Below the pieces are notes generated by a model, which worked only from the letters and a program-made list of their open reading frames with translations, was not told where the DNA came from and searched no databases. Below are positions 39,801 to 55,014 of a stretch of DNA of 64,000 nt, piece by piece (the first letter of the stretch is position 1; each line of letters starts with the position of its first letter). The stretch covers positions 186,001 to 250,000 of the forward strand of contig CDRNST010000214.1 in NCBI GenBank assembly GCA_977016875.1, read 5' to 3'. The position numbers and the translations under genes are program-made. The DNA is from Pavona decussata. Its lineage: Eukaryota.

Positions 39801-42800
39801 TGCGTCTATCTCGAAAATCCACAGTTAAAGCCCCATGATTTCCGAACCTCGGTAAATGCTTCTTTGCCAAAAATCCCCACGTACTTGGCTGAAAATGAGC
39901 ATTTTCTGCATTCGATTCCACCATTGTTCCGTGCGACCAACACCAAGAGGAACACATCCAAGGCAGACGGGGACGCTATTTACGCACTGCAGGATGACTG
40001 GAGCTGGTCGAGATGCCGCAGTGCGAATGGGGTCAGTACTGTACGTGAAATGACTGTACCACCCCGGGTAGAAAGCTAATTTGACCTCGGACCCAAGCCT
40101 CGGCAATGGCCGTCTTCAGTTTCAAAATCACCAGCATTCGCCGAATGAGTGGAAGTTAAAATGTACCATTATTTGAAGTTCGGAATCGACAATATTTTAT
40201 TCCCCACACAAATTCTTATAAAGCGTTCAAATTCTCAGCGGCCGCCTGTAGGTCGTGCACTACACACCTAGAAGGTATTCGATTGCCCACTCTACCTCTA
40301 TCCCCATCGCTCCTAAGTGAAGGATAAGGCATCTACAGTAGTGCTCCACTTGTCTCGATCCTGCGCTCAGGGCATTGCACTTTAAACAGGAAGTTCCGGT
40401 TTTAAACGGGCCTGGCCTGATCATTCTCACCCTCAGATGTCAAACAACCATCAGAGCGTGAACAACTGACAAGCAACATGGTTTTTTTTTCAAAGGCCCT
40501 TACCGATACAACTGGCTTAGTTTCCAAAATAATCCCTGTTAAACAAATTAGAACTTGATATCGTATATTGCTGTGGTGATATTATGAAATTTTAAGGCAC
40601 ACTTTTTCAGAGTTTGAGTCAACAACTTGCCACGACTGAACGGCGTCCAATTTTGCATCTCACGCCCACAAAGGTGTGAAATGAAGGAGGGGCTTGAGCC
40701 TTTATAGCGGAAAGTCTTGTTTAATACCTCCTCACGGTGATTTTTTACCTCGAAAATTTAAACATTGAGCCGGCTCAAGGACTCTATAAATTCGTACGCA
40801 AGCTAGGCTGAAAAGGAAAGAGAAACTCAGGCTTAAAAGGGATTCGAAATTCGAACCCATGGCGTATGCGATGCCGTTGCAGTAGTCTACCAACTGAGCT
40901 ATCAAACCAACTGGGAGCTGGTCATATTGAAAGTTCGTAATATACCCGTCAAAGAAAAATTAATCAATATGAATATATGAATCGTATATTTGAACTGCGG
41001 GTAAGGGACTAAATGGAAGAAAGATCCTCGCCGTTATGTACAGAACCTAAGCAGTTGCGAAAAGAAAACCTGAAAAAAAAAATTTAAAGCTTGAAGGGGA
41101 TTCAAACCCATGACCTCGAGGAAATATCTAGCAGATATATCTAATTATTTAGCTCATGTCAGTAAATTTAAGCTGATCATTTCACTGCTACTTTTCAATC
41201 CTCGCTCCCTCCAAACAACTCACCTTAGTTGAACATCATTCCCATACCTACAAGCTTGTTGTCTATCTCAATGCTGTTTTTCAATGAACTCTTACTCCTA
41301 TTACATAACTTAACTAGTACAATGATATAGCGATATGGTAATGCAATGAGAGAAAGTGACAATTGAAAAACCACATTGAAATAAACAGATCGCTCAAGCG
41401 CATAGTAAAGATCCTTGATGTACAAATAAGGTAATGTAATTAAACAAATGTCGAAAATAACTCTAAAATTAAAACTTCGCTCAGGTTCCTACTAATGATG
41501 TACAAATAAGGTAATGCAACGCTCAATTCAAGGGTAATAATGTACAAACAAGGTAACACAATTAGAATTGAGAATTGAAAAAAACAACATTGGAATAAAC
41601 AGGTTGCTCAAGTCAATAGAAATAATGTACAAATAAGATAATGGAATGACAGAAAGTGACAATTGAAAACAACATTGGAATAAACAGATTGCTCAAGTTC
41701 ATAGTAATGATGTACAAATAAGGTGACGTAATTAGAGAAAGTGAGAGTTGAAGAACAACATTGGAATAAACAGATTGCTCAAGTTCACAGTAATGATGTA
41801 CAAATAAGGTGACGTGATTAGAGAAAGTGAGAGTTGAAAAACAACATTGGAATAAACAGATTGCGCAAGTTCACAGTAATGAGGTACAAATAAGGTAATG
41901 GAATTAGAGAAAGTGAGAGTTGAAAAACAACATTGGAATAAACAGATTGCACAAGTTCACAGTAATGATGTACAAATAAGGTGACGTAATTAGAGAAAGT
42001 GAGAGTTGAAAAACAACATTGGAATAAACAGATTGCGCAAGTTCACAGTAATGAGGTACAAATAAGGTAATGGAATTAGAGAAAGTGAGAGTTGAAAAAC
42101 AACATTGGAATAAACAGATTGCACAAGTTCACAGTAATGATGTACAAATAAGGTGACGTAATTAGAGAAAGTGAGAGTTGAAAAACAACATTTGAATAAA
42201 CAGATTGCTCAAGTTCACAGTAATGAGGTACAAATAAGGTAATGTAATTAGAGAAAGTGAGAGTTGAAAAACAACATTGGAATAAACAGATTGCACAAGT
42301 TCACAGTAATGATGTACAAATAAGGTGACGTAATTAGAGAAAGTGAGAGTTGAAAAACAACATTGGAATAAACAGATTGCTCAAGTTCACAGTAATGAGG
42401 TACAAATAAGGTAATGTAATTAGAGAAAGTGAGAGTTGAAAACAACATTGTAATAAACAGATTGCTCAAGTTCACAGTAATGAGATACAAATAAGGTAAT
42501 GGAATTATACAAAGTGAGAATTGAAAACAACATTAGAATAAACAGATTTCTCAAGTTCACAGTAATGATGTACAAATAAGGTAATGTAATTAGACAAAGT
42601 GAGAACTGAAAACAACATTGTAATAAACAGATTGCTCAAGTTCACAGTAATGATGTACAAATAAGGTAATGTAATTAGACAAAGTGAGAATTGAAAACAA
42701 CATTGTAATAAACAGATTGCTCAAGTTCACAGTAATGAGATACAAATAAGGTAATGGAATTATACAAAGTGAGAATTGAAAACAACATTGTAATAAACAG

Positions 42801-45800
42801 ATTGCTCAAGTTCACAGTAATGAGATACAAATAAGGTAATGTAATTAGACAAAGTGAGAATTGAAAACAACATTAGAATAAACAGATTTCTCAAGTTCAC
42901 GGTAATAATGTTAAAATAAGGTAATGTAATTAGAGAAACTGAAAATGAATAAACAACATTGGAATTAAAGATTGCTCAAGTTCACAGTAATAATGTACAA
43001 ATAAGGTAATGTAATTAGACAAAGTGAGAATTGAAAACAACATTGTAATAAACAGATTGCTCAAGTTCACAGTAATGATATACAAATAAGGTAATGTAAT
43101 TAGAGAAAGTGAGAATTGAAAGCAACATTGTAATAAACAGATTGCTCAAGTTCACTGCAATGATGTACAAATAAGGTAATGTAATTAGAGAAAGTGAAAA
43201 TGAATAAAGAACATTGGAATAAAACGATTGCTCAAGTTCACGGTAATGATGAACAAGTAAGGTAATGTAAAATTTTACAGAAAGTAAGAATGAATAAAGA
43301 ACATTGGAATAAAAAGATTGCTCAAGTTCACAGTCATGATAGATTAAGGTGACGTAATTGGAGAAAGTGAAAATTGAAAAACATTGGAATTTAAAGATTG
43401 CTCAACAATGTACTCAAAGTAAGCCACTGATTTTTAAAAATAATATTTCATGAAAATAATCACTTTCTCTGATCGCATGAGCTTGTTTAATTAATTAGCG
43501 TTAACTCTGGCTTGCTGTTTTATTTGAATGTCGTTTCTTATTCTTGGTTAAGAAAGCTACGAAATAAAATAGGAACTAAACCAGCAAACTACACAAATGC
43601 AGAATGAATCCATTTCATGTTGCTTAATTATAAGAAAATTGGGACTTCAGCAAATTCAAATAATATCAGAACATAACCTAACCACTGCCGAATATTCTTT
43701 GAAAAAAAAGAGAGAATAAAACTAAACTTTCTGGATTTTGAATCTGTGTCTATGCTGATGGCCATCCAGAGTTATCAGTTCAGTTCTGGGCCTTGTTTAA
43801 TACGCTGGTATGTACGCTGTTGTTGTCAAGACCACACTTAATTGTGAAATATCCATTGAAGAGAATATCTGCAGACCATGCAAACAAGCTTGTGATGGTA
43901 AATTGTTTGGCATGTAAGAAAAATCTCTTTGCATAGCTAAATGTATTCAGGTTTCTCAGCTACAGTTATAATCAGCTTACTAAATTTAGGGAATTTCTTA
44001 GCATTCTGTAAGCCTTTAACTAAATTAATAAATAAATCGGCTTTGTTTAACAAGGGTGACACTTAACAGTCTTTTATGACTGACAAACCTGTAGCCAGAT
44101 CGAATTGGAATTTGGAAATGTTGGTTCTTGAGGAGAAGGGAAGACTGGAGTACCCAGAGAAAAACCTCTCGGAGCAAGGACAAGAACCAACAACAAACTC
44201 AACCCACATATGACGCCAAGTCTGGGAATCAAAGGTGGGCCAAATTGGTGGGAGGTGAGTGCTCCCACCACTGCGCCATCCCTGCTCCCTAAAGCCAGAA
44301 TCAATTATTGTGGAATTGTGGAACTAAAAAATTCTCAAATATAACCGTTCAAATCAGAGCTATTGAGCAGTACTTTCCTGTGGTGCTGTTTATTATGCTG
44401 TACAAGGTGGTTCTAAAGTTTAAGTCTGTAGTAGAACTCCTTAAGTGTGACTATTCAAATGAAAGCTACTGAGCATTACTTTCCTGTGGTACTGTTTAAT
44501 AGGCTGCACAAGGTGGTCCTAGCTCTATTGTCTGTGGATGAAATCCTTAAGTGTTACCATTTGAATAAAAACCACAGAGCATTACCTTCCACTGACACTA
44601 TTTAACAGCCTGTACCAGGTAATTTCTACTTTTGTGTCTGTGGATGAAAGACTTAAGTGTGACCATTCAAATGAAAGCTTTGATCCACAGTTTTATGAGG
44701 TGCTGTGTGTTTGTCACTATTTCACGACTTAATTCTTTTTATACTTATCACCTTGGGCGCAATTAAAGCCATTTCAGACCCTCAACAACTTTTGTTTTTT
44801 AATCTTAATTATTGTTACATATAGACTGCATAGAATATTACCTTGTGCAAGCAATTCCAAGTCCTCGCACAGCCTAAGCACCTTCATCGCCTTCTTGTCT
44901 GTTTCAAGTGGCAAGTGTTCAATGTACTCTTCAAGGTGTGCCCTGAAACAGACACCTGGCAATCACTTAATCGTACAAATTTTTGACATATCAGTGCCGA
45001 GAGAACAAAAAATCTAATAATGGCCACATTGTTCGTACCCTTTCTCATAAATTCTCCTTGAATTTTCAAGGACTTCCAAATTTTTTACGGCCTCAAATTT
45101 GCACAAAGAGAGGGTAATAAAATTTGTAGCAAAAGCTACAATACTCCCCCAAACAAACTGGCTGCCTGACACAAATGCATTAGTTACGTCAATTGAATAA
45201 ATACATTTTTAACAAATTTGCTGGACTTCTACTTTCCAGTGCCACCGACAAACTCCAGGGTTTTCCAGGATTTGCAAGACTGGTTGTTGGGACAAAGATG
45301 ATCATTTTCAATTCTATTCATTTTAAACAAGGATCTGAGAAATTCATTTAGAGCATAAGAATGAAGTGCCAAGCTTTCAGTTTCTGTTATAAAATTGAAA
45401 CAAGCAAAACACGTGAAGCAATCATAATTACGTTTTCAGTGAGTCACGCAAAATCCTTTGTCAAGCAATCCAAACAGCACGTGTTATATAATATCTCATA
45501 ACTGACGACCTTTTCAGCATTGTCAAATTTCACAGAATAACAAACCTACCTCCCATATACTGGACACTGCAAGAGATAGTCCACAGCCACACGCCAAAGA
45601 CTGCAAAGAAAAGGAAAGAGGATAAAGAGACTTTAAAGCAGAAGCTACGTCGTAAAAAATAAGTGAACTGTATCAAACACAAGAACGATAAGTCAAGCAA
45701 TCATCATAACTTTCCACACTCAACCTTGTACCTGGGTTTAAAACAAAATAAACTCATTTTCAAAAAGTTTAATCAACTAGCACTGAAGGAAGTACTATTA

Positions 45801-48800
45801 GTAAAATTGAATAAAACGGTTACACTACAGGATATTATTGAAATGAAATTTCTGTTCCATAGCTTTCATTTGAATGGTCACACTATAGCGTTTCTTCAAA
45901 CGTTTGTACCACCTTGTCCATCGCCTTGTAACGCGTAATAAACAGCACTGCAGAAAAGCACTAGTCAGAGGCTTTCATTTGAATGTTCACATTCTCCAGA
46001 CTCAAAGTTAGAACCACCTTGTACAGCATAATAAACAGTACCACAGGAAAGTACTGCTCAGTAGATTCATTTGAATAGTCACACTTAAGGATTTTCTCCA
46101 CAGACTCAAACGTTAGAACCACCTTGCACAGCATAATAAACAACACCACAGGAAAGTACAGCTCAGTAGCTTTCATTTGAAAGGCAACACTTTGGAATTT
46201 CATCCATGTGCCGAAGATTTTCTCCCTTCCCCCACACGTCTCATGTCCTCCTGAGAAGTGATTTTCACACACGCTTGTGCGGTGTTTCGCCCACCTTACT
46301 GTCACTGGGGGAAACAAGAGACTACTCACAGTCTAGAACAACCTTGTTTAACATGGTAAACTGTACCAATACAGTACAGTACTGTTCTATCAGCTTCAAG
46401 CAGCCTTACACATCAGGGGCCAAATTCATGAAGCTCTCTTAAGTTAAAACGTATCCTAAGTATTGCCTCTGAATAATAGACTATTGTTAGTCCAACAATA
46501 GGCTTTTGCCAAGAAACAACACTTAACATCTTAACTTCGTCAAACTGGCCACATGAATTTATTGAAAGGAATTGAAAGTCCTGCTCCATAGCTTACATTG
46601 GACTGGTCACACTTTAGGATTTCATCCGCCGACTCGAAAGCTAGAATCACCTTTTAAAGCACAACAAACAGCACCACAGGAAAGCACTGTTCATTTGAAG
46701 ATTCAACAGAGCCTAACCATACTACATAACTGTGGTTTGACCAAGGAAGCAAAGGGTATTAAAAAGTGGCTATCAACGATGCTGGTTTTAATGTATAAAA
46801 ACCTACTGCATTTGTTGTGCGATGTACGAACATTTACGCTATTATACGTTGAAACTTCTAGCTCAAACTTGTGTGCAAAAGCACTGCCAAAAAAGTTTCA
46901 GCAGGCGTTGCACCACGTAACATGGTCGGTTTCTTGAATTTTTTTCAAACTTCCGTTGCAAGACAAGTTTCACAGAAAGGAGAACCGCTTTCTTCTTCTG
47001 CAACGGCTCGCAACGGTCTCAGTGGTGAAAAAACAAGAGTTTCACTGTGTAACACCACTTCGTGAAATTGGTTTCGCAGTGCCGTTGCACACAAGTTTCA
47101 GCTAAAAGTTTCAATGTGTAACGGCGACTTAATAGAACATCTTGGTCTCACCTGTGATTTGACATAAGGCTGGCAGCATATTCTAAGATCAGAAATTCTC
47201 TCAAACTGATGCTGTGGCTAAAAAACGAAAGAACAATAAAACATAAACTTTGCATGAGTTCAGCACTGTGAATGCTGCTCTCCACAGCAATCATTCTAAA
47301 CATCTTCGACTTCTGGGTCTCTATCTTTTTTTCCAGCAAGTCACCCACTAGAGCAATATCACACCAACAAATTTCAGTGAACAATGCTCCTTTGGCCCTT
47401 TTAAATACCAGTTAAGGACGGTGCCTACTTTTGTCAATGCGCATACCTTCTGCGCATCTCGAGATACTCAGGTTTCCTATGGGTGGTGCCTACTAATACA
47501 GTTCAATAGATTAGCCCTTGCTAAGATCTGCTTTTCCCACATAGTGATAAACCGCGCAAAAATTAAAAAATACTCCGGTATTATTAGGCACCGTCCTTAA
47601 GCTGTCTCAATCATAAACTTGTACCTATTGATTTATTTACTGCTGGCCTGAGTCAAACATCCTCAAAGTTGAGGGGTAGGCTTGAGTGGTAAAGGTAAAT
47701 GATAGTTCTAACCCCCCCCCCTCCCAACAGTAGACATACTAGAAAGTTCAACTCATTACCACAACCACTTGTCTACAGTGCAAACAACAGCTTATCTATA
47801 AATAACTCTTTAATCTGACTATCTTGGTAATGCGATGAATAATCACCTTTTGATGCAATGTCCCAAACAGTTAATTTCTGTAAGGCTAATTTACACGTAT
47901 CAATTGATCAGCAGTAGGTTCAATTGCATGGGCCAATTTACATGTTACAATTTGTTGGCTGATTTCTTTTTTCTGTTGGTGTAGTGCGGGGTGAAAATCG
48001 ACTTGATTCAAAAATCTGTAAAGTGCCACAGATTTTCATAAATTAGTGCGCTCGCTCATTTTCTTTGTCTGGGGACTAACTAAATAATAATTGTTCCATT
48101 TACTATTATTACTTTTATTCTGTGTAAAATACTTTAAATCTGTTACGACGTTAAGTTTTTGCATGTCTATATTTGTAAGTTCTTGTTACTTTTCTCAAGT
48201 GTTCCTGTATTCGTCTTGTCCTGCCTCGATTAGTTTTGTAATTTTTTGCGGGACAAACCATTCATTGTTATTTTTTTCAAATAAATTGTTGTTGTTGTTG
48301 TTGTTGTCAATCGGTATGTGTAACTGAGCCTTTAGAATTTCTCCTCCATTACCCAAAATGCCTATTCCAAATACCCAATGACAAAAACAAACGAAAATCG
48401 AGATGCATCACGCTCCTTTGTCTACAATTTTGTGGAACATTTCTGACATAAACTGAAGCAGCAGTTATTGTACCTGATGTGATGCGAATCCAGCTGGCCA
48501 CAGTGATGAAGCAAGTCCGTCAGATGTGCCACAAACCACCAGTTACCAAGAGCATCACTACATGTATCAAAAAACAGTAAAACAGCTCAACCATGTACTT
48601 TCATGGATGTTAATGAATACAAAGCAAGCAAAACTTCCTTGGTCCTTATTACTGTGAATCTACGTTGTTACGAATCCCGTAAAAGAGCTTCCTGGCCATC
48701 CCCTCATGAGGAATTCAGGTGAGTGTGTTACCTGAAACCTCTCCCATTAGCTACTGTGCTGTGAGTTAATTACATACCACCAGACACCCACAAAGGTGAA

Positions 48801-51800
48801 AATGATATCTTTTCTTTTGACAGAAGCATGCAAATATTCAATCTCGTATGTTCCACACTTGGTAAAATAATAAACCAATCAAATCGCTTCATTATTGTGA
48901 CGCACTTTCTGACCGAGCACTCATGCTTTTTTAAAATGGCAGGGTTTCCAATTATGGTACAATGAGTATTCACAGCATGCGTACACGTTTCAACCCCTTA
49001 TGAGTTTCAGATATCACCAAGTGATATTCTTCATTTTCTCTTGGTACTGGAACAGTTGTCCCCCCCCCCCCCCCCCCAACCACCCTTTCCCTCGCTCTTC
49101 CAACCACTCCTCATCAAATGCTTTCCTATTAGCTCAAACCAAGCCTGTATGTGCCCGAAATAGGATTACATACTGTCCAATTTGGGTTTGAAAATTGATA
49201 AAAAATTCCAGACTGTCAAATATTGAAAAACGCTGAGTCAGCCCCATTACACAATCAGAGAACCGTTTTCATTTCCACAGAGCAATTATCTTTTAAATTA
49301 GACAAAACATAGGCTAAGAACTAAGACACGTGCTCCTTCTATGCATGGGTATTTGCGTAATATCTAATTTGGGAAATCATTACATGGTTTTTTGTAATAA
49401 AGAATTTAGTCAACAAGCATTACCGCCAACTGCAATGCACCAGAGTGAAATGGATGAAAAAAATTACCAAAATTCTGATTATTTTGATTCTCTGAAGTTT
49501 TGACATTTGAGAGTGTCCCCATAAAATTTGTGCTCCCCTAATAGGCCATTTCCGAGTTGCTTTGAACCTCATTATGAAAGCGAGGCTAAGTGCAAAGTTT
49601 TTATTATGAAAATTAGTTTTCATTCATATGCAAACAAAAATAATTTCCATACGAAAAGTTTTGCACTTAGCCTCACTTTCATAATGAGGTTCACAGCAAC
49701 TCGGAAATGGCCTATTCGAAATCATTATCATTTGCAATTCTAATTTAAGTTAGTATAAATCTACTAGTGTTCTATCACGAATGCCGTTCTCTGATTGGCT
49801 ACGCTACTCGCTATCTATTCTGTGATAGTGAGTAGCGGTTTTCAACAAAATGGCGGCCGCTTCGTCGCATTTTGGAAGTGTCTGCAATGAGGAAATAGAT
49901 AATTTACTTGTTTTGTTTTGACCGACTAGTAGATTTATACTAAAACAATTAGATTATGAGCTCTAGATTTCTATGTGTGATAGCTGATGAGGGCGCAGCC
50001 TGAATCAGCTATCACGCGATAGAAATCTCGAGCTCATAATCTAATTGTTAAATGTAAAAAAAGGAATATAGAAAAAAAAAAGAATGGGGGAAAAGGTTGC
50101 TGGGTATTTTAAATGTTACTGATGTGTATCTGACGACTGAAGCAAATTTTATGTAGCAAAGAGGGCCACTGGGTTATCAGTTTCCTTACTGTCATGTGCT
50201 ACCCTCTTACAATAAAGTTCATTGTATTGTATTGTATTGTATTGTATTGTATTGTATTGTATTGTATTGTATTGTAAATGTAACTGAACATACCTGCTTT
50301 CCTTAATAACGGCGTGCACATCAAATTCAAATGCAGACAACAGTATTCTGTCAAAATTGTGCAAATTTGTACTCCCTCCAAACTTGTCAATACAGGCCTA
50401 AGAGAGACAGAATAATATCAACCATTTAGAGCCACAAGTGAAAATACGTGAGAAAATTATCAAAACCATGTCATCATGGAGGCAGGTTGCCTATTTAATC
50501 CACAAGTCCCAGGTTTGAGCGCACCTCTGACCATTTTCTGAAGATGTTTCTCGTGACCCAGAGGAGTCAGACACCCCAGCCACGAAATAGGGACCTTAAG
50601 CAGCAACGATGACAACGACACTGATAACGTCAGAAAACAATAGTTTTAATTAGCAAAACATTGGCTCTGGACATGAGTTCTACACTTTGGTACATTTCTT
50701 GACTTCCCTCTGCAAAACAACAACGTGAAATGACCACATTCAAGGTTTATGGAGAATTGAAGGTGAACGCATGATGACTATTATTCCTTCTTTTTCTGAG
50801 CTTTAAAAGCACTCCTACGATGTTAGCAAACCAAAATTAAGCAAAAATAGTCAAGAACAAGAGACACAAATAAAACATTAACCCAATAAAATATAAAGCA
50901 AATAAGTCTAAGTCTAAGAAAGTGCAAATAAGTCTAAGTCTATAAGAAAGTGCAAGTTTTCTAAATCAATCCCAGATTTGCACTAAAACTAAACCAGAGC
51001 AAACATGAATGTTATACTTTTGACGCTAAATTGCAAACTGCTCTACAATTCTCTCAGCAGATGCTGACTGTCCTAACAATTACTCACCTGCGTGTGATAC
51101 TGTAAGTCAAAAGACTTGATTGCTGGATTACAGTACAGCAGTTTGGCCACAAGCAGGTGATACCAGGTTTTACAATAATTACTGGGAGGCAACAAAAAGC
51201 ATAAACAATTTTCCATGACATAACACATCAACTTAAGATTCCATAGATGCTGTGAATGGTCTACAGAAATAACTGTTTTTATGGATGAACCATATGTAAT
51301 GCATTTGAAGTTCATTTCAACAATTCTGTTTAATAGACAACTACTTGCATTGTCAGATTAATATACATGCAATAAAACACATTAAGAAAGATGTAATACT
51401 CATCACACCATGAGACGAAGAACGAATCTGAGTGTCAAGGAGAAACGAACCCATGACCTTTTGCTCGCCAGACGCTTGCTTTAACCTCAGACAGCCCAAA
51501 CTCAATTTGAGAGAATTCTACTCAAATGTCAACGGTGTTGTGTTACGAGGATTTGAATTGCGTCATAACTATTACAGCAAAATTATAAGGATTTGTATGA
51601 GATTTTCATAAATCGATGCAAGGATATAGAAATAAAATAAATCTCGCAATAAAAATGCCTTACTATTCTTTCATGCTGTTGCAGTAGCTGTGTATGTGGT
51701 CACGTTGATTTAATGCGTTTCAGCGAGGGTATACTTCCCTGTGTCCTTTCACTAAAACGCATTAAATCAGCAAAGTGACCTCATACACAGCAACTACTAG

Positions 51801-53139
51801 ACTGCCAACAGTTTCTTTTTTCCCCTAAGTTTTGCAGGATCACGCAGGTGATTCCACTTTTCTAATTTGCATAATTTTACTGTCACTTTGCGTGCATGAT
51901 CTGAGGGAAAAAGTAGGACTGCTCACGGTCTAAGCACCTACTAAAGCATGGAAGAACGGTAAGACATTCGTAACTTACACCACTTCGTCAAACACTTCTT
52001 CTTCACCACAAAGTATCTGGACATGACAAAAAGAAGGATTTAAGTCAATGTTTCTCAGAGAGAGATATGTCCATTACAGTGAGATAATAAGAAAGATTTA
52101 GTACTTTTCAAGTACAGTTATCTCAGTGGAGTTGCTGGGACTACCGAAATAAGTCTGGATAACAAAAAAGTAGGTAAAGACTGAACACAACATCAGAAAA
52201 GATTTCGGTGAGTTATGCTACATGGTTATTTTCAGAGAAAACCATATCCATAGACAGCTATACTAGTCATATGCTTAAAACTCCACCAGTTTTGGTCCTG
52301 GTTTTTTTATTGTTATCATTCTCAAATGTTTACTTTAATTTTCAAAGGGCAACATAGCAAAACAACTATTCTTATTTACAGAAAATGCTTGACTTCACTT
52401 TACTGGCATACTTTTGTTTTGAACACGAGTTGAGAAATAAATTCACAAGGAAAACGGAAACAGAGACAAGTCCAGATAATGAACACGTGACTGTAGCAAC
52501 TTCAGCAAAACCAACAGTGGGTGACTGTTACGCATATTAACTTGAAATTTGATTGGCTACCCAAGAGTTATCTAACATTCAACAGACTATCGATGGTACT
52601 AACACATTCATGCTAAAAACATTCTTCTCAAACTAAATAATAATTCATGAAGAGAAAACAAAGAAAATCACTACCGTGAAGGAGGTTTGGAATTGGGATC
52701 TTACTTATCATAAAATTTGATGAACTTTGGCTTTGAATTTCTCCAAGAATAATTAACGGTTTGAGAAGTTATATCAAAGCGTTTCACCTTGAAGTTGGTT
52801 TAAAAAACTCGGCTGTCCCTCATTTTTTTAACCACCTCCTCAGTGTTTGGAAATTGAATGAAACTATCAAATTTGATGGTGGAGTAAAGAGCAACACACC
52901 AAGTTGACTGTCAACTTGATAGAAACCTTGAACTTGCCTTTGCTAAGTGAACTGAGTTTGAAACTACTTGGAATGCTTTTTTTTACCTGGCATAGTGTGT
53001 GTAAATGAGGATTCCCAGCATAAGATTGATTGTCCAAACGATGTTTACACTCCTGTTGCCAGTGGCTCCACTTCATACTGAACTCTTGCAGTGTTTGTCC
53101 CATGTATAACTACACATAGAAATCACAGAATCAACTAGT

Positions 53140-53177
<38 letters not shown>

Positions 53178-54981
53178 CTTTATTAACAGTATCACTTCAT
53201 TAAAAATGCTCTTCCAGCAAGCAGTTTACATTACAAATTACAAAACTATGACGCTAAAAAGACACAAATATCAAATACAGTGGAACCTTGATTTTACGAT
53301 ATGGTTAGGGGACAGCAAAATCATATCGTTAAATTGGGATATCGTTGTAAACGAACTCCCGATTTATAAATTGCTTTTGCCAGGACACAGAATGTTGATC
53401 GTTAAATCGGAAATATTATTAGATCGACGATTGTAAAATCGGGGTCCACTGTACTAAAAGAAACGATTCTACAGTTAATTGCACAAAAATTAACTTAGCA
53501 CTAGCACTAGCCATCAAAATCACTATGAAAGGAGTTGTACAAAGTTTTGATTACCTGCATGTATATTGCATTTTTGTCAACACACATATTTTAATAACTA
53601 CTTAACTTAGCACAACCAGGGCTGACAAAGAACTTACCCACCTGGGCCCGGTTGTTCAAAAGCAGATTAACAGTAATCCCAGATTAAAAGTTAACCGAGG
53701 TTTTCATCTCGCTCATCAAAAATGGTTTTCAAAGCTTATTTTAAACTTACGATAAAGAAAAGTCCATGTCAAAAGGGAGGAACAAAAATAGTTTTGAAAA
53801 ATCTTCATTGATTAGTAATTAAACTCGAATCAAAGTTCACACTAACCCAGGATTAGCTTAATCGGGCTTTGAACAACTCGACCCAGTATAACAATGTAGT
53901 ATGAACTACTACACAACATGCATTTTACATTTTTTAATAATGTCACCCTGAAGATGACTGAATAGTAAAAAATGTTAGGTGTTTCCTTTTTAAAAACATT
54001 TTCGTACGCTTTTTAGCCTTTTAAATTTTTCATACAGTCGAACCTCCCTTTGCGATCACCTCCCGTAAGCGACCACCTCTTATTAGCGACCACTTTTCCA
54101 AAATACCAATAGTTTTCAAGTCAAATCACTATAGATGTAACCTCTCGTAGGCGACCACCTCTTGTAAGCGACCACTTTTAGAGATGATTGTTTAAAATGT
54201 TCAATTGTTTTTAACCCGTAGGGGACCACTTAACACAATCTGCTCTAGCTCTCACGGGCAGAAATTGAAAAATGTGTCGCTGTAAAATATTGGCCCTTCA
54301 TTACAGAGGACGCTGTAAATCTCACAGTCGGAGCTACCAAGAGCGTCTCCCAAAATAGTTTAGCAATGAAACAATTGATAACATGCACATGCACTATAGT
54401 GTACACTGAAATAAACTTCTATCAGATTGAATCCCTCATAGGAAAAAACTCTCTTATCTTGTAAATAGCATGCATGGGTTTCGATAAGAACCCAAAATTA
54501 AGACGCGCTGTGGTCTGACCTCTGGTAAGCGACCACCTCCCGTAAGCGACCACATATCCTTGACATTATGAGTGGTCGCTTACGGGAGGTTCGACTGTAG
54601 TATGAAATGTTCACTCCCCAGGGCTCCCTTTCAAAGTTATGCCCACCATATTGGACCTCACTAGCATGGGAACTCAACTTTTCATGGCTTTATGCTGCTA
54701 CATTGCATACAAGTCACTTTATGAGGACTGACAGTTATCCATACTACAGATTCCAGTTTGATCTTGTACACATACCTGGTACATTGGCATTTTACGAAGA
54801 AGTTCATCCATACTTTCAAATTCCTGTAACATTGAATAAAACTTCAAATCAGTGGCAAACAAACACAGCCAAATGGCTCGATTTATTAACTGAAAGACTG
54901 ACTGACGGAAAAGAATCACTGGTTTTTTTTTGTTTTGTGTTTTTTACTGAGGGACTGATTGAATGACTGACTGATTGACCG

Positions 54982-55014
<33 letters not shown>

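Noticed and set aside
40830-40908. Functional tRNA gene
   Set aside because: Insertion in the T-arm, mismatched stems, and part of a repeat unit.
41290-43405. CRISPR-like array
   Set aside because: Units are contiguous with no unique spacers, and the context is a eukaryotic intron; it is a satellite. The same applies to 22719-23242.
45961-46329. ORFs with repeated [17 protein letters not shown]
   Set aside because: Translation of the ~100-bp repeat; frames break between copies.
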